The notes beneath the pieces were generated by a model that ran no database searches, was not told the origin of the DNA, and worked only from the letters and a program-made list of their open reading frames with translations. This document shows, in pieces, positions 58,633 to 64,000 of a stretch of DNA of 64,000 nt (within the stretch, counting starts at the first letter, position 1; every line of letters starts with the position of its first letter). Source of the stretch: a virus; IMG/VR virus record IMGVR_UViG_3300025834_000005; one strand, given 5' to 3'. A program made the position numbers and the translations under genes.

Positions 58633-59988
58633 TTATTTCTTAATAATTCTAAATTTAACAACATTTTTTACAACGCTATTATTTCCAGATATTTGTTTAA
58701 TCTTTAAATAATAATCTTGAGGTATTAACCATGAGGTATTTAAATCAATCGAAAATTCGCTACCGATTTTATTCACCTTTGTGAATGGTATTATTTCAAG
58801 TTGTGCGTCCACACCTATTTGGGTGAATATGCCATACTCGAATTTTAAATCAGTCTTTTTCGACGGATAAAGGTCTCTCGTTTGTAATACAACATGTCTA
58901 AGATCGCCCTGTGTTATAACCTCATTTTCAAGAAGTCCATTGATACTAACGTAATAGTTATCGATATTCACAGTACTCTGATATAAATACTCAGAAAAAG
59001 ATTTTAAGTAGAATTTATTCTTAATTTTACTTGATTTTCCATTAATAATTACATTCCATTCATCATGAAATATAACGGCATCAGGGTAGTTAGTTGAACT
59101 CACAGCAATGTCAATTTTATATAAACCTTTGGTGATTGTTGTCACATTAGTACCAGATATATTATTGATTAATACGTTCTGGTAATCGTAAATATTTACG
59201 CTATCTATTGTAACACTATCACTTATATTTCTAAGGTCTAAATATAATGAATTATTCTTATCAAGATAGAAAGAGCTACGATCATCATCAACAAGATAGT
59301 TGAATTTAGTCTCAACATAAGGTACGTAATATGTGTTAGTGTCTTTGGCGTGAAATGCCACTGACTGCATATTAGTGGTAGTTCCAGTTTCGATAACATC
59401 CGAATATTTAATACCTAATCCGTATGAAACATCGGTATTATCAATAATTGAGTTAACATAATCTGTGATATCAATATCAATATCCTCAGTTCCGTTATCA
59501 AAGTCTTGATAGCCTATAACATCGCTACTATTACCGCTAAATGATCCACTGTTATTCCAAGGCTCTCCATTTTTTGCATTATTCCAATTACAAAGTTCAT
59601 CATTTGGTTTTAATTGATTTAAAATATCGAGGTTAAAATCATATTTATTTCCATCAAACCAATCCTGATTAATCTTGAAGAATTCAAGTCTAAAGCTTGA
59701 TGAACGCTGCATATCCAGTAAATATGTTCTTTTGCCTGCGTATTGTGCTGCATTTCTTATCGTATTTGTTAAATGCAAAGTATGACTCGAAATATCGCTT
59801 CTTATGTATGTGCCATCGCTAATTGACGATAATAAGTTGGTAAGGTCAATACTAAAAACGAAACGTGTAATCATGTTATTAACTCCGCCATGAATTAACT
59901 CAGTCACAGGGTTTTTGGCATTATTACTGTTATTAACATTAATTAATGTATCATTCTTACTAAAATATGATCTAAATTTTGCGGACAT
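58633..59988 (-). CDS. hypothetical protein (451 aa), beta-rich, possibly structural
   Basis: Long ORF, N/S/T/D/Y-rich. No enzymatic motif recognised. Confidence 0.5.
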   Translation of the reverse strand: MSAKFRSYFSKNDTLINVNNSNNAKNPVTELIHGGVNNMITRFVFSIDLTNLLSSISDGTYIRSDISSHTLHLTNTIRNAAQYAGKRTYLLDMQRSSSFRLEFFKINQDWFDGNKYDFNLDILNQLKPNDELCNWNNAKNGEPWNNSGSFSGNSSDVIGYQDFDNGTEDIDIDITDYVNSIIDNTDVSYGLGIKYSDVIETGTTTNMQSVAFHAKDTNTYYVPYVETKFNYLVDDDRSSFYLDKNNSLYLDLRNISDSVTIDSVNIYDYQNVLINNISGTNVTTITKGLYKIDIAVSSTNYPDAVIFHDEWNVIINGKSSKIKNKFYLKSFSEYLYQSTVNIDNYYVSINGLLENEVITQGDLRHVVLQTRDLYPSKKTDLKFEYGIFTQIGVDAQLEIIPFTKVNKIGSEFSIDLNTSWLIPQDYYLKIKQISGNNSVVKNVVKFRIIKK

Positions 59989-60012
59989 TCTTTTTATATT
60001 AATTTAAAATGC

Positions 60013-60438
60013 TTATTTTAAAGGGAAATTGCTGCCGAGTTTATTAGACTTAAATCCTAACAATACATCAGTTAACTGATCATCGTCAGATTTTTCAACC
60101 TCTTCAGGCTTATTAGTGTCAACCATTGCTTGACACTGAGCCATTTCTTCGGGATTCTCATCCGTACCATAGTATTTAGGGTCTTCTGTTAAATGATCAA
60201 ACACAATATCCAATGCAACCATAGGGTCTGAGGCATGTTCTCTTTCAACTGAAAGACCTTTTTTTATCTGATCTCTACTGAATTTAGATATATCAGCATT
60301 ATCGCCTTTTCCGCCATGAATCTCATCGCCAATAGCCTCTTTATCATCAATGATAGAATCAACTGTTTCTTCCTTGAGTGGCATACCAGCGACTTTATTC
60401 ATCATTTCCATTAAGGTATATCTTTTTATATTACTCAT
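60013..60438 (-). CDS. conserved hypothetical protein (DUF5661-like pattern)
   Basis: 'GGKGDNADISKFSRDQIKKGLSVEREHASDPMVALDIVFDHLTEDPKYY' fits the GG.ad....f....l..G..vE.EH......a..Ia.DHL.E.p.YY pattern, recalled from memory. Confidence 0.4.
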   Translation of the reverse strand: MSNIKRYTLMEMMNKVAGMPLKEETVDSIIDDKEAIGDEIHGGKGDNADISKFSRDQIKKGLSVEREHASDPMVALDIVFDHLTEDPKYYGTDENPEEMAQCQAMVDTNKPEEVEKSDDDQLTDVLLGFKSNKLGSNFPLK

Positions 60439-60850
60439 AAATTTCGTCGTTTATCTTACCAAATTCTCTTAATAATACGCCAGCTGTGGCATTTGCATCG
60501 TTTTCCTCATCACTACCTGTTTCGCCAGACTGTGCATTAATCTTACCTTGAAGATTTTGCTCGTGATGCGTTAATTCATGTCCTAACGTTCTTAAAATAT
60601 CAGCCAAGTTCCTATTTGCGCCAACAATACTGATAGTCATATCATAAGGAGAGTATCCACCAAACGAATGCATTTTTTTAGCTTCACCATCAGCATAAGT
60701 AATTTCGATTTTAGGTATGTTACCGCCTAAACCCAATCTCTTATCGGCAAAGGTAATAAATTCTTTGATTATTACATCCCTTTTATCCTGATCGCTATCT
60801 AATTTAATATTATTAACTTTTTCGAATATTTCAAATAGTTTATTCTTCAT
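60431..60850 (-). CDS. putative zincin-like metallopeptidase (HExxH)
   Basis: 'TLGHELTHHEQN' HExxH motif in a 139-aa protein. 8-nt overlap with the downstream gene. Confidence 0.45.
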   Translation of the reverse strand: MKNKLFEIFEKVNNIKLDSDQDKRDVIIKEFITFADKRLGLGGNIPKIEITYADGEAKKMHSFGGYSPYDMTISIVGANRNLADILRTLGHELTHHEQNLQGKINAQSGETGSDEENDANATAGVLLREFGKINDEIYE

Positions 60851-60853
60851 TTT

Positions 60854-61522
60854 TTACGTTAATCTATTGAAACTGTCTTTTATGTCATCGCTTTCAGGGA
60901 GATCATCAAAATTAGCTGCAAATGTACCATCCTCAAGCTCTTTAATACCTTTATCCTGATTATTTCTATCGAACCACGAATCAGACCAAAAGTCATTTAA
61001 ATTGAAGTAATAAGGGTATGAAACTTTAGATTTACTCATAAGTTTCTCAGAATTTGTAGGTTCTCTAACTTCCTCAACATCTGTATTTAAAACATCGAGT
61101 TTACCATTGATTTGATTAACAAAATTACTAAGGCTCTCCATTTGGTCATGGATTGATTTCATAGCAATTATATTACTTTTTATAATCTCATTCTGTAAAG
61201 AATTAACATCAGCCACAGGCTCTTGCGATACTGGCGGCATTGCCATTGGCTCAGGTGTTACCTGATCTTCTGGAGCTACTTGCTCAGGTTGTTCAGCTGG
61301 AGCACCTTCTGCTGGTGGTAGTTCTTCGGCTGGTGGCATATCAGGTTTTAAACCTTTTTGTGCTTCTTCACCTTCTTCATTAGATTCCTCATATAATTCA
61401 TCTGGTAAATTGTCAAACTCGTCATCATTACCCATTACCGATTTATATCTCGGAGATTCGCTTACGACATAAGTCATCTTATGGATCATTTTATCCAAAT
61501 TAGTAATAAGTTGTTTTTTCAT
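60854..61522 (-). CDS. hypothetical protein with Pro/Glu/Ala-rich central segment
   Basis: 222 aa. 'PDMPPAEELPPAEGAPAEQPEQVAPEDQVTPEPMAMPPVSQEP' low-complexity linker. Confidence 0.5.
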   Translation of the reverse strand: MKKQLITNLDKMIHKMTYVVSESPRYKSVMGNDDEFDNLPDELYEESNEEGEEAQKGLKPDMPPAEELPPAEGAPAEQPEQVAPEDQVTPEPMAMPPVSQEPVADVNSLQNEIIKSNIIAMKSIHDQMESLSNFVNQINGKLDVLNTDVEEVREPTNSEKLMSKSKVSYPYYFNLNDFWSDSWFDRNNQDKGIKELEDGTFAANFDDLPESDDIKDSFNRLT

Positions 61523-61532
61523 ATCTCGACTA

Positions 61533-61709
61533 TTAGTATTGTTCTCTCAATAATTGACGTCCATCTTCAACAAGGTACACTTTATCAACTCTTTCGATAA
61601 TTGAAAAGTTATTCTGAAGTATTACTTCTTTTTTGTTTTTCTTTTGAAGTTCTGTCATGCTTTCGTCTTCCATGAAGTTATCTAAAGCATTTCCTAAATC
61701 TTTATTCAT
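61533..61709 (-). CDS. small hypothetical protein (start revised to MNKDLGN..)
   Basis: The ATG at 61709 lies 16 nt downstream of GTATTTAT. The listed start at 61754 overlaps the upstream gene and includes the motif. Confidence 0.4.
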   Translation of the reverse strand: MNKDLGNALDNFMEDESMTELQKKNKKEVILQNNFSIIERVDKVYLVEDGRQLLREQY

Positions 61710-61725
61710 AGCAATATATTTTAAT

Positions 61726-61733
61726 ATAAATAC
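61726..61733 (-). promoter_or_regulatory. GTATTTAT upstream motif
   Basis: 16 nt upstream of the ATG at 61709. Confidence 0.45.
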
Positions 61734-61743
61734 TACAAGATAT

Positions 61744-62373
61744 TTATTTGGCAATTATGGTGACAATAAATCTTTTAAGTAAGTCGAATCCGTTGTATAT
61801 CTTATAATAACTCATATAAATATTTCCGTCAAAATCATCAATATATTCGTCACATCTATTTAATAGTTCAATACTAAATATGTCGAGATCAAATTTCAAA
61901 TAATTAAGTAGTTTTAAATTAACGCCAATAATCTCATTTTCGATTACCATATATAAACACTCATTTTTATATTTATAAATTCTATCGATTTTGTTAGGTA
62001 AAACGGATAAAAAATCATTAACGTTATGAATATTAAGGTATGTTGGGTCAAAATTAGTATAATTGAATCTTGAGGAGAAATATAATTCAGGTGCTTTATC
62101 AACAAAACCATTTACGCCAATAATACTCATAGACTTATACTCATTAAATGAAAATTCCCAATATAATTTATTAGGGATAATGCATTTACTTAAAATATCT
62201 GCGTTTATAATTATGTTATCATCATTACATGATTTCATAAATTTCCAGCCAACATATAATGTGGGTAAAGTTCTGTCAATATCTGTGTAACTAACAGGCT
62301 TCTGAATATAGTTTATATACTCAACTTGTGTGTGGTTCACAAGATTCTCGTAAACCACATTTGCGATTTTCAT
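61744..62373 (-). CDS. hypothetical protein
   Basis: 209-aa ORF downstream of the GT2 gene. Confidence 0.5.
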   Translation of the reverse strand: MKIANVVYENLVNHTQVEYINYIQKPVSYTDIDRTLPTLYVGWKFMKSCNDDNIIINADILSKCIIPNKLYWEFSFNEYKSMSIIGVNGFVDKAPELYFSSRFNYTNFDPTYLNIHNVNDFLSVLPNKIDRIYKYKNECLYMVIENEIIGVNLKLLNYLKFDLDIFSIELLNRCDEYIDDFDGNIYMSYYKIYNGFDLLKRFIVTIIAK

Positions 62374-62391
62374 AAATTCATTACTAAAAGG

Positions 62392-63894
62392 TTAAACAAC
62401 ATTGAAAAACTCGCCCAATATAAGTTTATTTTCGTTATAAAAAGGAACGAGGGTATTATAATAATCCTTATTCAAATTTTTTAATTTATTCTCGTTTTTA
62501 TTTCGTGATACAGACTCAAGATGATATGCCACAGAATCGCATGCTGTTATATTTTTCAAGCCACTTATTAAGCATTTAAAGTTTAGTTCAACATCCTCAA
62601 AACATTCAATATAGTTTTCATTAAATTGTCCGAGAAAATTAAAAAGCTTTTTATTTATCATTAAAAACGCACCTGTATTACCAATCGATCTATAATTTAC
62701 ATGTGTTGAGTAATCATTTGTTTTATTCAAATCAACATGGGTGAGTCCTATATTGCCATTTTTATCTAATCTGGCATCGATTCCACAATGCTGGACAGAG
62801 CCATTTTCATAATGAAGTCTGATTCCAATAGTGCCTATAGCTCTACAATCTTCAAGATAAATTTGAACGCATCGACTTAATGCATCATTAAGCAGTTCAA
62901 TATCGTCATTACAAAATACAATAAGTTCTGTATCTTCTGATACATGATTCGTAACAACATCGTTATTAATCTTTGCAAAATTATAATAGTCGTATTTTAT
63001 AACACTAACATTATTAGTAATAAAATTGGTGTATTTATCGATTATTTCCTGATCACTACCTGTGTCAGCAATAATGATATTATAATTAAGGTAAAGAACA
63101 TTAAATTGCCATGACAATATATTATTTTTTAAGATTTCATAATTATTTTTTGTTGGTATAATTACGGTTACTTTAGGGTCTGTGTCTTTAGGTTTTATAT
63201 TTAAATCATCATACGATGGAGTAATTGACAAAGGTAGATCATCACCATATAACTTCACGAACTTCATTCTATTCTCGTCCCATTTAGGACTTGTCTGTCC
63301 CACAGATTTGTGAAGTATTCGTATTGTGGTAATAACGCCTATTTCAACATCGTTTAAATAGTTATCCAAACTGAATGAAATATCATAAAAATGAAACCCA
63401 TCAAATGTCTCGTTAAATCCTACGGTTTTGGATGGATCAACAGCCATAAAAACGCCATCAACTATAACAACATCCTGAATATTTTTAATAGGTGGTGAGA
63501 AATTACTAACCCATGTGTTAATTTCATCCGTATGTTCAACAATACCGAACATCGTATGTTTATCTTCCCACCATATACCAGACTTGGGCATTGACGTTGT
63601 TCCAGCTAAGCCTATAATACCGTAACCAGTGGTATTAAATTTAGCAAGCAATATTCGACCCCAATTGAGTGTCTTAAAAACAATGTCATTATGAATGAAG
63701 CATAAAATAGCATCTTTTGAGTTCGTCTCATCTAAAGCCCTATTATATAGTGACGTTAGTGAAAACTCATTAAAATTAGGAAAACATAATATTTCATGCT
63801 TTGAGCCTATCGTATTTTTAATATGCTGATCAAATGATCTATTAGTTGCATCATCATAATGCGATGAATATACCACAATAATTTTAGTCTTCAT
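62392..63894 (-). CDS. two-domain family-2-like glycosyltransferase
   Basis: Second half: 'KVTVIIPTKNNYEILKNNILS', 'IIIADTGSD', 'VFCNDDIEL' (DxD), typical of GT2. First half: 'KIIVVYSSHYDD...CFIHNDIVF', a second GT-A-like unit. Confidence 0.65.
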   Translation of the reverse strand: MKTKIIVVYSSHYDDATNRSFDQHIKNTIGSKHEILCFPNFNEFSLTSLYNRALDETNSKDAILCFIHNDIVFKTLNWGRILLAKFNTTGYGIIGLAGTTSMPKSGIWWEDKHTMFGIVEHTDEINTWVSNFSPPIKNIQDVVIVDGVFMAVDPSKTVGFNETFDGFHFYDISFSLDNYLNDVEIGVITTIRILHKSVGQTSPKWDENRMKFVKLYGDDLPLSITPSYDDLNIKPKDTDPKVTVIIPTKNNYEILKNNILSWQFNVLYLNYNIIIADTGSDQEIIDKYTNFITNNVSVIKYDYYNFAKINNDVVTNHVSEDTELIVFCNDDIELLNDALSRCVQIYLEDCRAIGTIGIRLHYENGSVQHCGIDARLDKNGNIGLTHVDLNKTNDYSTHVNYRSIGNTGAFLMINKKLFNFLGQFNENYIECFEDVELNFKCLISGLKNITACDSVAYHLESVSRNKNENKLKNLNKDYYNTLVPFYNENKLILGEFFNVV

Positions 63895-63907
63895 TCTATT
63901 ATCTTTA

Positions 63908-63915
63908 AGAAATAC
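63908..63915 (-). promoter_or_regulatory. one-mismatch variant of the upstream motif (GTATTTCT)
   Basis: 13 nt upstream of the ATG at 63894. Confidence 0.25.
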
Positions 63916-64000
63916 AAAATAAGACTAAATATTTCACATATGCAAGTAATTTATCTATTATTTATAATAAATTGTTCATAGTCCGCTTTTGCTTTAGATA

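Noticed and set aside
12125-62290. Remaining short ORFs of the six-frame track nested in or antisense to long genes. They are 12125-12403, 14861-15091, 15096-15284, 16783-17201, 19700-19900, 20137-20358, 21468-21671, 21955-22167, 24671-24904, 25450-25728, 28463-28654, 31227-31409, 33580-33828, 34905-35102, 35756-36104, 37716-37898, 39794-39982, 41278-41547, 42196-42453, 44173-44616, 46919-47110, 48002-48208, 48952-49188, 50116-50367, 50580-50774, 51606-51854, 52584-52986, 54491-54805, 57316-57653 and 62063-62290
   Set aside because: Each is fully overlapped by a longer ORF that has recognisable motifs or a consistent operon context. None has its own upstream motif or terminator.
1-64000. Possibility that the window is an integrated prophage or a bacterial accessory island
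   Set aside because: There is no integrase, recombinase, att-like direct repeats, tRNA target, transposase or recognisable host housekeeping gene. Composition is uniformly AT-rich and packing is phage-like throughout. Lysogeny genes could still lie outside the window.

Overview
This 64-kb window is visibly AT-rich and almost entirely coding. It reads as part of a large tailed dsDNA phage with myovirus-type baseplate genes, not as bacterial chromosome. I found no rRNA, tRNA, CRISPR array, integrase or transposase.

Layout:
- nt 1-5326 is a short plus-strand block. It holds the 3' end of a Dda/RecD-like helicase, an HD-domain protein, and many small or membrane proteins.
- A bidirectional terminator sits at 5325-5360.
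- nt 5377-63894 is one long minus-strand block.

The minus-strand block contains:
1. Replication and recombination genes: a single-polypeptide Mre11-Rad50 (SbcD-SbcC) fusion, primase, an ECF-like sigma factor, a metallophosphoesterase, a T5orf172/GIY-YIG protein, a RuvC-like resolvase, family-B DNA polymerase, an SNF2 ATPase, a DnaB-like helicase, FEN/RNase H, a RecA-like recombinase and a gp32-like SSB.
2. A baseplate/fibre module: a gp25-like protein, a Baseplate_J-like protein, and two very large proteins with poly-Thr/Pro linkers. One of these carries a SprB-type repeat.
3. Three glycosyltransferase genes.
4. An accessory island at about 38.3-46.5 kb.

The centrepiece of the island is a 1407-aa 'polyvalent' protein. 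It fuses a complete class-II CCA-adding-type nucleotidyltransferase, an ART-like module, an internally duplicated unknown domain and a C-terminal 2H (double HxT) phosphoesterase. A ParB-like gene lies next to it and a Nudix gene lies nearby. This is my best candidate for an undescribed system: an injected tRNA/RNA-end repair or signal-degrading counter-defence effector.

Two promoter-like motif classes are visible:
- A Bacteroidota-type TAnnTTTG element lies upstream of replication-type genes.
- A phage-specific GTATTTAT octamer lies 14-20 nt upstream of 12 start codons, mostly structural or small genes. It may be read by the phage sigma factor.

The promoter type, the SprB repeat and the lack of Shine-Dalgarno sequences suggest a Bacteroidota (Flavobacteriia-like) host.

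All functional calls come from motifs read by eye in the supplied translations. No database or structure search was run. About half of the ORFs remain hypothetical.
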